Assembly: GCA_038143065.1 (NCBI GenBank)
Contig: JAYQLI010000046.1
Span: 1 to 39,428, forward strand
Direction of reading: 5' to 3'
Source: Rhodospirillales bacterium
GTDB lineage: Bacteria; Pseudomonadota; Alphaproteobacteria; Bin95
Length of the DNA: 39,428 bases
Shown here in pieces: positions 30,555-39,428 of this stretch. Positions within the stretch are counted from its first letter, which is position 1. Each line of letters starts with the position of its first letter. A program made the position numbers and the translations under genes. The notes beneath the pieces were generated by a model that made no database searches, was not told the origin of the DNA, and was given only the letters and a program-made list of their open reading frames with translations.

Positions 30555-32489
30555 TTATGCGCCGGATATCCCATCCAGAAACGCCTGCGCATCTCGCTGC
30601 GACTCAAAGATATGCGCAGCCTCGGAGCGGGCGAACACCTTGCCCAGTTTCATGCGCATGAATGCCGAAGCGGAATAGCGCGTCGTGGTTCGGTAGAACC
30701 GTTTCTCTAGCGTTTGGATCTGTGCGGCATAGTGCTCTTCAATCTCGGGATAGATCACCGTTCCATCATAGTTAACAATGGCATCGACCTTGTGATCCAG
30801 CCCGCCGCAGACCGCCTCGACCCGCGCGTTAATCCGTTCGACATCACCAATGTTGCGAATACGTAGCTTTTCGAGATTAATGAAGAGCCGTTCTTGCGCC
30901 GTATCCAGTGCGATCCGCACATCCAAATCCAACGCCAACAGATCAACATCCAACCCCATCGGATCATCGGTGAAGATGCGCGGATCCATGGGTTGCACGT
31001 CTTCAATGATCGGGCGAAAGGCCATCTGATCCAGAATGTCCCGGTCCAGATCTATGCCGGGCGCCACCTCGATCAGTTCCAAGCCGTCAGGGGTCAAGCG
31101 GAAGACACAGCGCTCAGTTACATAGAGCACCGGTTGGCCCAGTCGCGCGGCGCGCGCGCCCGAGAAGGTGGTGTGCTCGACGCTTTCAATGAACTTTCGA
31201 ACGCGACCTTCGCTTCGCAGATCAAGTGCCCCGTCGGCCACCCGGATGTCTAACTCGACCGAGGCGAAGGTGCCAGTGAACACAACCTTGCGCGCATTTT
31301 GACTGATGTTAATGAACCCGCCCGCACCCGCGAGGCGCGGCCCGAATTTCGAGACATTGACTGACCCGTCCCGCCCCACCTCGGCCATGCCAAGCACTGC
31401 AATATCAAGGCCCCCGCCATCGTAAAAATCAAACTGCTGGTTTTGGGCGATAATCGCGTCGGTGTTCACAGCCGCCCCGAAGTCCAACCCCGAGGCGGGC
31501 TGCCCGCCGATCACGCCGGGCTCCGCGGTGAGTGTCAGATTGTCAAGGATTTTCTCCTCCGCCGCCACAGCGGCCACGCCTTCGGGCATCCCGATGCCAA
31601 GGTTGACGATCCCGTTCACTGGCAGCTCAAATGCGGCACGCCGCGCGATGATCTTGCGCACGTTCAGGTCCAGATCCGCGCGGTTTCCCGTGGGCGCTTT
31701 GTAGCGGCCCGTGAAGGCGGGTGAGAATGGCGTCTTGAAGGTCTGCATGTGATCGTCCGGCTCGGCGATCACCACCGCATCGACCAAAGCGCCAGGGATC
31801 TCCACATCGCGGGGGCTGAGCGAGCCTGCCTCGACCACGTTCTCCACCTGTACAATCACGACCCCGCCCGAGTTCTTGGCCGCCATCGCCTGCGCCAGAT
31901 TGTCGATGGTCAGCGCCTCATTCTCCATCGTCACGTTGCCCTTGGTATCCGCCGTCGTGCCGCGGAGCAGGGCCACATCGATGGGCATTGCTTTGTAAAA
32001 AAGAACCTCTTCGCCGCCGATCTGCATCAGTTCTACCAGATCATCCGTGGTTCGCGGGTTCAGCTTGCCACCGGTCTGGCGTGGATCAACAAATGTCTCA
32101 AGGCCGACTCGCGACAGCGTGCCGGGCTTTCCAGCGGCAATATCCCGAAACATCTGGCTGATGACGCCCTGCGGCAGATTATAGGCGTCGATCTCTCCAG
32201 CATTGGCCAGTGCAGCGACTTTGGGGATCAGCCCCCAATGACCGCCGACGACGCGCGACAAGAGCCTGTCATGAGCCAGATGGTTGAGACCGCGATCCTT
32301 ACCGTCCCCCTGCCCCGCTGCAAAGAACAAGGACAGGCCACGCGGTGCGCCTGTGTCTTGGAATCGGTCCGATACAGCCCGCAGCAGGGTCTCTGGCACA
32401 CCGATACCCACAAAGCCCGAGGTCGTGACCGTATCGCCGTCATGGATCAACGCGGCAGCCGCTTCTGGAGAGAGGGTCTTGTTCGGCAT
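30555..32489 (-). CDS. Acyl-CoA:acetate/3-ketoacid CoA-transferase (fused alpha/beta, YdiF/Pct-like) with C-terminal extension
   Basis: AAGQGD, GGHWG, NLPQG, VNLGIGMPEGV, GAGGFINISQ, VTERCVF; 644 aa. Confidence 0.9.
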   Translation of the reverse strand: MPNKTLSPEAAAALIHDGDTVTTSGFVGIGVPETLLRAVSDRFQDTGAPRGLSLFFAAGQGDGKDRGLNHLAHDRLLSRVVGGHWGLIPKVAALANAGEIDAYNLPQGVISQMFRDIAAGKPGTLSRVGLETFVDPRQTGGKLNPRTTDDLVELMQIGGEEVLFYKAMPIDVALLRGTTADTKGNVTMENEALTIDNLAQAMAAKNSGGVVIVQVENVVEAGSLSPRDVEIPGALVDAVVIAEPDDHMQTFKTPFSPAFTGRYKAPTGNRADLDLNVRKIIARRAAFELPVNGIVNLGIGMPEGVAAVAAEEKILDNLTLTAEPGVIGGQPASGLDFGAAVNTDAIIAQNQQFDFYDGGGLDIAVLGMAEVGRDGSVNVSKFGPRLAGAGGFINISQNARKVVFTGTFASVELDIRVADGALDLRSEGRVRKFIESVEHTTFSGARAARLGQPVLYVTERCVFRLTPDGLELIEVAPGIDLDRDILDQMAFRPIIEDVQPMDPRIFTDDPMGLDVDLLALDLDVRIALDTAQERLFINLEKLRIRNIGDVERINARVEAVCGGLDHKVDAIVNYDGTVIYPEIEEHYAAQIQTLEKRFYRTTTRYSASAFMRMKLGKVFARSEAAHIFESQRDAQAFLDGISGA

Positions 32490-32492
32490 GGA

Positions 32493-33140
32493 TTACGCCT
32501 CTGGTGGGCCGATAGCATCGGGATGGGCAGCCTGGAATGCCGGGTGCTTTGCGGCTTGCTTTGCAATCCGGCTGATATGTGTATGACCGGAATAGTCAAC
32601 ACCCCAGCGATCCGCATTGTAGAGCTGCGGTATCAAACAGCAATCGGCCATGGTCGGCGTATCGCCGTGGCAGAACAGTCCCGCTCCGCCTTGCGCCAAC
32701 AATCCCTCAAGGCCATCCAGCCCCTTGCCGATAAAGTGCCGCATCCAGGCGACGCGCTCTGCGTCGCCGCCATGGGTCAGCGCGCCCACATGCTTTGCCA
32801 CACCCAGATTGCACACTGGGTGGATTTCCATCGCCACCGCATAGGACAATTGCCGCACGCGGGCCTGTTCCAGCGGGCTGTCGGGGATCAGGCTGGAGCC
32901 GTCCCGCGTGCTGTGCAGATATTCGATAATCGCCAGCGATTGCGTCAAGGTCTGCCCGTCGATAACCAGCGTCGGCAAGATGCCTTGCGGGTTCAGGGCC
33001 AGATAGTCCGCATCGCGATGCGTGGCGGTCAGCAGGTTGACCGGAAGGGCTTCGTACACCTCGCCCAGAAGGTTGAGCGCGATACGCACGCGGTAGCTAG
33101 CCGAAGACCGCCAGTAGTCATAAAGTAATGGAACTGTCAT
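32493..33140 (-). CDS. maiA: Maleylacetoacetate isomerase (GST zeta)
   Basis: YDYWRSSASYRVRIAL, NPQG, QSLAIIEYL, EIHPVCN. Confidence 0.93.
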   Translation of the reverse strand: MTVPLLYDYWRSSASYRVRIALNLLGEVYEALPVNLLTATHRDADYLALNPQGILPTLVIDGQTLTQSLAIIEYLHSTRDGSSLIPDSPLEQARVRQLSYAVAMEIHPVCNLGVAKHVGALTHGGDAERVAWMRHFIGKGLDGLEGLLAQGGAGLFCHGDTPTMADCCLIPQLYNADRWGVDYSGHTHISRIAKQAAKHPAFQAAHPDAIGPPEA

Positions 33141-33925
33141 TGTGCGGTCCAGCCTCCGTCGATCGGCAGGGCCGCACCAGTGATCGACGCGCCTGCGTTT
33201 GAAGCGAGGAAGACCGCGAAGGCCCCTACCTCGTCAAGGCCAACGAATTTCTTCGTGGGCTGCCCAGCCAGCATGACGTCCCGCACCACTTCCTCTTCGG
33301 TGATGCCGCGCGCTTTGGCGGTGTTGGGGATCTGCGCCTCGACCAGGGGCGTTTTCACGTAGCCCGGGCAGATCGCGTTGCAGGTGATGCCGTTCTGTGC
33401 CGTCTCCAGAGCGATGGTTTTGGTCATGCCGACAACGCCATGCTTGGCGGTGACATAGGCCGCCTTGTAGGGCGAGGCGATCAACCCATGGGCCGAAGCC
33501 ACGTTGATGATCCGCCCGAAGCCCCTTACCTTCATGCCCGTAAGAGCCGCGCGCGAGGTGTGAAAGGCAGAGTTCATATTGATCGCGATGATGGCGTCCC
33601 ATTTCTCCAGCGGGAAGTCCTCGACCGGCGCGACATGCTGGATGCCTGCGTTGTTCACCAGGATGTCAAGCGATCCGAAATCGGCCTCGGCCTTGGCGAT
33701 CATGGCGGCGATCTGGTCGGGCTTGGTCATATCCGCGCCGTCATAGGCCACGGTGACGCCATGAGTGGCGGCAAGCCAGGCGCGGGTGGCCTCTATCGCG
33801 TCCGCATCGCCGAAGCCGTTCAACACGATATTGGCCCCGGCCCCGGCCATGGCCTCAGCAATGGCAAGGCCGATCCCGCTGGTCGAGCCGGTGATGAGGG
33901 CGGTTTTGCCGTTCAAATCGGTCAT
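33137..33925 (-). CDS. bdhA: 3-hydroxybutyrate dehydrogenase
   Basis: TGSTSGIG, NNAGIQHV, SAHGL, YVTAKHG, ICPGYVKTPLVEAQI. Confidence 0.93.
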   Translation of the reverse strand: MTDLNGKTALITGSTSGIGLAIAEAMAGAGANIVLNGFGDADAIEATRAWLAATHGVTVAYDGADMTKPDQIAAMIAKAEADFGSLDILVNNAGIQHVAPVEDFPLEKWDAIIAINMNSAFHTSRAALTGMKVRGFGRIINVASAHGLIASPYKAAYVTAKHGVVGMTKTIALETAQNGITCNAICPGYVKTPLVEAQIPNTAKARGITEEEVVRDVMLAGQPTKKFVGLDEVGAFAVFLASNAGASITGAALPIDGGWTAQ

Positions 33926-33929
33926 GTCT

Positions 33930-34571
33930 TTATCCTTTTTTGTCCGCTACGCCCGCCAAACGGTCGGGATGCGTTTCTGCAAATGCGGGATGCTCCAAGG
34001 CGCGGGCATAAATCGCGGCAATCTGCGGCCAGCGCCCCAGATCGACGCCCGTTTTTTCGGCATTGCGCGCCTGAGGGATCAGACAGCAATCGGCCATCGT
34101 GAGCGTGTCACCGTGACAGAACGTGCCGGTCTCTGGATGATCCAAATGGCCCTCGAACGCGTCGAACCCGCGCGCGATATAGCGCTGCATCCAGTCGGTC
34201 ATGTCGCCCCCGCTCGAGGCATCGCTTGCCACGTCGCGGTTGGTGACCGCATGGGTCTCCATGGCGATGATGTGGGACAGAATGCGCACCCGGGCACGCG
34301 CGGCTGGATCAGTCGGCAACAGGCGCTGTTCGGGAAGCGTTTCTTCGAGGTATTCGATGATCGCGAGCGATTGCGGGATAACCAAGCCATCCACCTCAAG
34401 CACAGGCACCGTGCCTTGCGGGTTCAGACCCATGTAGGCCGGGGTGCGATGCCCGTGCCCCATGATGTTATGCATCCGAACCTGATGCGCGATGCCATTA
34501 AACTGCAATGCGGCACGCACCCGCCACGCGGCAGAAGACAAAAGACTGTCATGAAAGATGATTTGTGCCAC
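33930..34571 (-). CDS. maiA: Second maleylacetoacetate isomerase-like GST zeta
   Basis: SSAAWRVRAAL, NPQGTVP, QSLAIIEYLEE, TMADCCLIPQ. Confidence 0.85.
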   Translation of the reverse strand: MAQIIFHDSLLSSAAWRVRAALQFNGIAHQVRMHNIMGHGHRTPAYMGLNPQGTVPVLEVDGLVIPQSLAIIEYLEETLPEQRLLPTDPAARARVRILSHIIAMETHAVTNRDVASDASSGGDMTDWMQRYIARGFDAFEGHLDHPETGTFCHGDTLTMADCCLIPQARNAEKTGVDLGRWPQIAAIYARALEHPAFAETHPDRLAGVADKKG

Positions 34572-34598
34572 TAAAGAGTTCCTTTGATCGTCTTCGCG

Positions 34599-34958
34599 TT
34601 ATCCCCCGACCCGCACCGTGCCGTAGGCAATGGCGACAGGCACTGGATCAAGGCAGGTGCCAATCCCCAAGCCCTCTACGCCTTCGCCCGATTCAACCGA
34701 AAATCCGGCGCCGTGCATCGTGCAGCGCAGCACCGTCTTGTCTGCAGAGATCAACTTATCGCCCTGATAATTCAGCGGCATGTATTGATGCGGGCAGGCA
34801 TTGACGTAAGCTCTTACGTCATTCCCCCGTCGCACCAGCAGCAATGGAAATCCGTCCAGTTCAAGGCACAACGTATTGTCGTCCGGGATGTCCGTGACGG
34901 CGCAAACCTCTGCCCCGTCTTCCGGGGCACCCCGGTAGGATTTCCAGGCGTCCGACAT
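34599..34958 (-). CDS. Rieske [2Fe-2S] ferredoxin-like protein
   Basis: NACPHQ...RCTMHGAGF; start MSDAWK directly after the fahA stop. Confidence 0.88.
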   Translation of the reverse strand: MSDAWKSYRGAPEDGAEVCAVTDIPDDNTLCLELDGFPLLLVRRGNDVRAYVNACPHQYMPLNYQGDKLISADKTVLRCTMHGAGFSVESGEGVEGLGIGTCLDPVPVAIAYGTVRVGG

Positions 34959-34959
34959 C

Positions 34960-36228
34960 TCAGCCACCAAATTCCGGCGCGGGGAGGATCGTGCCTTCGC
35001 AGTTTCCAAAACCGATGCGATAATCGCCGTCGCAATGCCCGGTGATGTTGATGCTGTCGCCATCCTCCAGGAAGGTGCGCGTCCCGCCATCGACGGTAAG
35101 CGCGTCACGGCCATTCCAGGTCAGCTCTAGCATAGAGCCATAGCTGTCCTGCGTCGGCCCCGATATGGTGCCTGAACCCAGCACATCGCCGGTTTCCATC
35201 GCGCACCCTGACGAGGCATGATGCACCAGTTGCAGGGCCGAGGAGTAGTACATGTACTTGTAGTTCGTCGTGCTGATCACGCTTGGCGTGCCGCTCTTGG
35301 GGGCCAGCGTCACCTGCATCACGATGTCAAAGTTGTTGGGCGTGTCCTCTTGCAGATAAGGCAAGAGTGGCTTCACCCGCTCGGGCGCGTCTACGCGGAA
35401 TGGCTCAAGCGCTTCACGGGATACAACCCAAGGGCTGATCGAAGTACCGAAGCCCTTGGACTGAAACGGCCCCAGCGGCTGGTACTCCCAGACCTGAATG
35501 TCGCGGGCGGACCAGTCGTTCATCAGCACGTAGCCGAAGATGTTGTCATAAGCCTCCGCCGCAGTCACCGGCGCACCCATCGGGTTTGGCGTACCGACAA
35601 GGGCGCCCAGCTCCAGCTCGATGTCCAGTTTCTGACACGGGCCAAAGTGCGGCGCCTCATCAGAGGGCGCTTTCAGCTGCCCATTGGGCCTGGTGATCGG
35701 CGTGCCGGAGGCCACCACGGTCGAGGCGCGCCCGTTATACCCGATCGGGATATGCAGCCAGTTCGGCATCAGCGCGTTATCCGGGTCGCGGAACATGCAG
35801 CCCACATTGGTCGCGTGCTCTTTGGACGCGTAGAAGTCGGTGAAGGACCGTACAAAAATCGGTAAATGAAGGGCGGCGCCTGACTGGGCGACCAGCGGGA
35901 GCGATCGATCGCCGCCTTCCGCATCTAAGAGTTCCCCAATCTTGGCGCGGGTCTCGGACCAGACAGGCTGCGGCAACGCCATCAGTGGGTTGAGCACACC
36001 TTGGTCGAACACCTTCGCGTCCCCGCCTGGGGTCAGGATGCCATCCGCTTCCAACTGGGTCAGGTCGAGGATCTGATCACCGATGGCCACACCAACGCGG
36101 TGCGCCCCGCCATCCACCGAGAAAACGCCATAAGGCAGGTTCTGGATCGGGAAATCTGTGCCCGCCGCGTTTGCCGATTCAACCCATGAGCGGCGCGCAG
36201 GGTTATGGGTTTCGTTCAGACCAGCCAT
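34960..36228 (-). CDS. fahA: Fumarylacetoacetase
   Basis: DFPIQNLPYGVF, TDFYASKEHATNVG, GYNGRAS, NDWSARDIQVWEYQPLGPF. Confidence 0.96.
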   Translation of the reverse strand: MAGLNETHNPARRSWVESANAAGTDFPIQNLPYGVFSVDGGAHRVGVAIGDQILDLTQLEADGILTPGGDAKVFDQGVLNPLMALPQPVWSETRAKIGELLDAEGGDRSLPLVAQSGAALHLPIFVRSFTDFYASKEHATNVGCMFRDPDNALMPNWLHIPIGYNGRASTVVASGTPITRPNGQLKAPSDEAPHFGPCQKLDIELELGALVGTPNPMGAPVTAAEAYDNIFGYVLMNDWSARDIQVWEYQPLGPFQSKGFGTSISPWVVSREALEPFRVDAPERVKPLLPYLQEDTPNNFDIVMQVTLAPKSGTPSVISTTNYKYMYYSSALQLVHHASSGCAMETGDVLGSGTISGPTQDSYGSMLELTWNGRDALTVDGGTRTFLEDGDSINITGHCDGDYRIGFGNCEGTILPAPEFGG

Positions 36229-36290
36229 GGTCAGCCTCCCTTCAAGTCTTTCATGTGGGGCGACCCAGTCGATCGCCCCTGAATGTGAGA

Positions 36291-37661
36291 TTATTCGCCG
36301 TTCCAGACCAGCCGGTTCGGATCGAAATGGTTGCGCAGAGGCTTCCAGACATCCGGGTATTTGACCTGCAGCGTATCAAGTCCGGCCGCGTATTTGGTCA
36401 GCTGCTGCGGGAAGCGGGTCTCGAACATGAAGGCGATGGTGTTGTCCAGCTTTTCGGGTTCGAGGTCCTTCAAGGACGCCGCATAGAACGCATCCGCATC
36501 CGGCCCATGGGGCAGCATCATGTTGTGGCATGACATACCGCCGGGCACGAAGCCCTCGGGCTTGGCGTCATAGACCCCTTCGATCAGCCCCATGAACTCC
36601 GACATGATGTTCATGTGATACCAGGGCGGGCGAAAGCTGTCCTCGGCCACCAGCCAGCGCGGTGGGAAGATCACAAAGTCGATGTTAGCTGTGCCCGGTT
36701 CGCCCGAAGGCGCTGTCAGCACGGTAAAGATCGACGGGTCCGCGTGGTCGTTGCGGATCGGGCCGACGGGCGAGTAGTGCCTCAGGTTGTACTTGTAGGG
36801 CGCGTAATTGCCGTGCCAGGCCACCACGTCCAGCGGCGAGTGGTCGATCTCGCAGGCATGGAACTGGCCGCACCACTTGGTCACAACACGGTGCTTGACC
36901 CCTTCCTTCTGCTCAAAGGCGGCCACGGGCGACAGGAAGTCGCGTGGGTTCGCCATGCAGTTGGCACCGATGGGGCCGCGCTCGGGTACGGTGAAGACAG
37001 CGCCATAGTTCTCGCAGATATAGCCGCGTGCCTTATGGTCACCGTTCAGCAGGACCTTGTACTTCACACCGCGCGGGATGCAGACGATTTCGCCGGGGGC
37101 GACGTCGAGGATCCCAAACTCGGTGAAGAAGCGTAGCGCGCCCACCTCGGGCACGATCAACATCTCGCCATCGGCGTTGTAGAACACCTCGGTTTCCATG
37201 CTTTCCGTCACCGCATAGGTGTGGATCGCATAGCCGACCTGGGTCAGCACATCGCCGCCGGTGAAGATGGTGCGCATACCTTCCAGCCAGGTGCCCGCGT
37301 CCTCCGGGATCGGCGCCGGGTCCCACCGCATCGGTGCCAGCGGCAGGCCACTTTCGTCAACCGTAGGAGCAGAGCGAAAATGCGGCAGATCGAACCGGAC
37401 CATGTCAGAGATATGCTGGACCGTGGGACGCATGCGATAAAGCCAAGACCGCTCGTTCGAGATACGCGGCGCGGTGAAGGGCGAACCCGAAAGCTGCTCG
37501 GCATAAAGACCATAGGGGCAGCGCTGTGGGCTATTTTGACCGATGGGCAGCGCGCCTTCGACGGCCTCGGTTTCAAAGTCATTGCCGAAGCCGGGCATGT
37601 AGCCTTCGTTGTACTTCGCGCGGCTCTTGGCCACGACGAAATCAGGTGTCGGAGCGTTCAT
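36291..37661 (-). CDS. hmgA: Homogentisate 1,2-dioxygenase
   Basis: [51 protein letters not shown]. Confidence 0.97.
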   Translation of the reverse strand: MNAPTPDFVVAKSRAKYNEGYMPGFGNDFETEAVEGALPIGQNSPQRCPYGLYAEQLSGSPFTAPRISNERSWLYRMRPTVQHISDMVRFDLPHFRSAPTVDESGLPLAPMRWDPAPIPEDAGTWLEGMRTIFTGGDVLTQVGYAIHTYAVTESMETEVFYNADGEMLIVPEVGALRFFTEFGILDVAPGEIVCIPRGVKYKVLLNGDHKARGYICENYGAVFTVPERGPIGANCMANPRDFLSPVAAFEQKEGVKHRVVTKWCGQFHACEIDHSPLDVVAWHGNYAPYKYNLRHYSPVGPIRNDHADPSIFTVLTAPSGEPGTANIDFVIFPPRWLVAEDSFRPPWYHMNIMSEFMGLIEGVYDAKPEGFVPGGMSCHNMMLPHGPDADAFYAASLKDLEPEKLDNTIAFMFETRFPQQLTKYAAGLDTLQVKYPDVWKPLRNHFDPNRLVWNGE

Positions 37662-37664
37662 GAC

Positions 37665-38771
37665 TTACGCCTCCGCTTTCAAAACGCCGCGCTGAATCTG
37701 GTCTTCTTCGATCGATTCAAACAGCGCCTTGAAATTGCCCTCGCCAAAGCCATCGTCACCCTTGCGCTGGATGAACTCGAAGAAGATCGGCCCGATCACG
37801 GTTTTCGAGAAGATCTGTAAAAGGATGCGGGTCATACCGCCCTTCACGACACCCTCGCCGTCAATCAGGATACCATGCTTTTTCATCCGGTCGAGCGGCT
37901 CATCGTGGCCTTTCACACGGTCGAAAGACTTGTCGTAGTAAATCGCCGGAGGCGGCGGCATAAAGTCGATGCCCGCATCACCGATGATATCGGTCGAGGC
38001 ATAGATGTCCTCTGAAGCAACGGCGATGTGCTGAATACCTTCGCCTTTGTATTCCTTGAGGTATTCCTCAATCTGGCTTTGATCGTCCGAGCTTTCGTTG
38101 ATCGGAATGCGGATCTTGCCGCAGGGCGATGTCAGCGCGCGGCTGGTCAGCCCGGTGATCTTGCCCTTGATGTCGAAGAACTTGATTTCGCGGAAGTTGA
38201 ACGCAGTTGCGTAGAAGCGATACCACGTGTCCATGTTCCCCTGCATAACGTTGTGGGTCAGGTGGTCGATATAATAGAAGCCCGCGCCTTCAGGCTTGGG
38301 ATCGGCTTCACCCAGCCACTCGAAATCGGCATCGTAGGGGTTCTTACCGTCGTCATAGTTCTCGATGAAATACAGCAGCGAACCACCAATGCCCACAGCT
38401 GCAGGCACGTCGATGGATTTGCCGGGACCAGTATATTCCTCGGCACCGTAATCAAGCGCGCATTTCAGAGCGTGCTGCGCATCCACTACGCGCCACGCCA
38501 TTGCGGGGGCGCAGGGGCCGTGGTCCTTGACGAACTGCGCGGCATGCCCATCGGGGTCGCGGTTGATGATGTAGTTCACGTTGCCTTGGCGATAAAGCGA
38601 GATGTCTTTGCTTTTGTGCTTGGCGACCTCGACATAGCCCATCTTGGTGAAGAGTTCTTCGAGAACGCCGGCCTCGGGGTGGGCAAATTCGACGAACTCA
38701 AAGCCGTCGGTCTCGGCGATATTCAACTCGTCAATTTTTGCTTTCGGCGCATCATGCGGAAAAGGTCCCAT
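37665..38771 (-). CDS. hppD: 4-hydroxyphenylpyruvate dioxygenase
   Basis: DGFEFVEF, IDHLTHNV, GEGIQHIA, FFEFIQRKGDDGFGEGNFKALFESIE. Confidence 0.97.
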   Translation of the reverse strand: MGPFPHDAPKAKIDELNIAETDGFEFVEFAHPEAGVLEELFTKMGYVEVAKHKSKDISLYRQGNVNYIINRDPDGHAAQFVKDHGPCAPAMAWRVVDAQHALKCALDYGAEEYTGPGKSIDVPAAVGIGGSLLYFIENYDDGKNPYDADFEWLGEADPKPEGAGFYYIDHLTHNVMQGNMDTWYRFYATAFNFREIKFFDIKGKITGLTSRALTSPCGKIRIPINESSDDQSQIEEYLKEYKGEGIQHIAVASEDIYASTDIIGDAGIDFMPPPPAIYYDKSFDRVKGHDEPLDRMKKHGILIDGEGVVKGGMTRILLQIFSKTVIGPIFFEFIQRKGDDGFGEGNFKALFESIEEDQIQRGVLKAEA

Positions 38772-38974
38772 AATAGGTCCTCCTTCTATATGGCGCGCGG
38801 CTTTCGTGCCCATCCACGCAATTTTCGCGATCCCCGGCCCGCGGGTGGTCGGAATTGATTCTGACCATACATCAATTTTAGTCGCATTAATGATGCATAG
38901 TCAACATTATTATTGCCTATTCATCGCTCAGCTGATAATAGTCCGCATGTCCTAAGCAAAAAGTCTGAGTCGTG

Positions 38975-39428
38975 ATGTCCTCCGTACAACAGCCGTCATT
39001 TCACCGGCAGCCGCGTCTAGCTATGCTGTCACCCGTCCGGCCTTGGGTCGCCAACATCTCATCGAAAAACTTGAAAAAAGACGCACTCGCCGGGCTAACA
39101 AACGCGGCCATTGTCCTACCTCAGGGCGTTGCCTTCGCCATCATTGCCGGGCTGCCGCCGGAATACGGACTCTACACAGCGATGGTCACGGCTATCATTG
39201 CGGCCTGGTGGGGGTCTTCGGCCATTATGGTCTCGGGACCGACGACCGCAATATCTGCCATCCTATTTGCCTCTCTGTCGAACGTCGTCGCTCCGGGCTC
39301 AGCAGCTTATATCTCGCTCGCGCTCACCATGACGTTTCTTGTGGGCGTCCTGCAACTGGGCGCAGGCCTCGCGCGGTTTGGCGGGTTGATCTCATTCATT
39401 TCGCATTCAGTGATTGTTGGCTTCACAG
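38975..39428 (+). CDS. SulP-family anion transporter (5' part, runs off the window; absent from the ORF track)
   Basis: Hand translation: MLSPVRPWVANISSKNLKKDALAGLTNAAIVLPQGVAFAIIAGLPPEYGLYTAM...GSS..MVSGPT; start 38975 or 39023. Confidence 0.9.
   Translation, partial: MSSVQQPSFHRQPRLAMLSPVRPWVANISSKNLKKDALAGLTNAAIVLPQGVAFAIIAGLPPEYGLYTAMVTAIIAAWWGSSAIMVSGPTTAISAILFASLSNVVAPGSAAYISLALTMTFLVGVLQLGAGLARFGGLISFISHSVIVGFT

Noticed and set aside
31749-34574. Long plus-strand ORFs (459, 220, 269 aa)
   Set aside because: Antisense shadows of well-supported GC-rich minus-strand genes; the same applies to 27504-28355, 35218-35865 and 38028-38858.
34959-35114. N-terminal extension of the Rieske ORF
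   Set aside because: Overlaps the fahA coding end; ATG 34958 follows the fahA stop directly.
39111-39332. 73-aa plus-strand ORF from the track
   Set aside because: An off-frame shadow of the SulP gene that runs off the window.

Overview
Genomic-island region of a probable marine alphaproteobacterium (Rhodobacterales/Roseobacter-like, inferred from gene content). The left end carries a DUF6538-type tyrosine integrase and a small Cys-rich ORF, bracketed by inverted att-like sites. To the right is an array of integrase-free catabolic modules separated by AT-rich att-like spacers containing 3' fragments of a tRNA-Phe(GAA) (1987-2031, 10775-10788, 19518-19531, 20048-20073, all minus strand, plus an inverted copy at 18-31), with IHF-like and arm-type repeats. 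Module 1 (~2.0-10.8 kb) is a LacI-regulated phosphodiester uptake/hydrolysis operon. Module 2 (~10.8-19.5 kb) is a LysR/TRAP/D-amino-acid dehydrogenase/2OG-oxygenase cluster. A ~0.5 kb gene-less relic follows. Module 3 (from ~20.1 kb) has three sulfatase-family genes, FGE, a TctABC transporter and MarR, joined tail-to-tail to a tyrosine/homogentisate operon (hppD-hmgA-fahA-Rieske-maiA-bdhA-maiA-CoA transferase) and a partial SulP gene. Modules 1 and 2 are almost the same length (8788 and 8743 bp core-to-core). Genes left of ~19.4 kb have many frameshifts (probably consensus errors, possibly decay); genes right of 20.3 kb are intact. No intact tRNA, rRNA, CRISPR or IS was seen.
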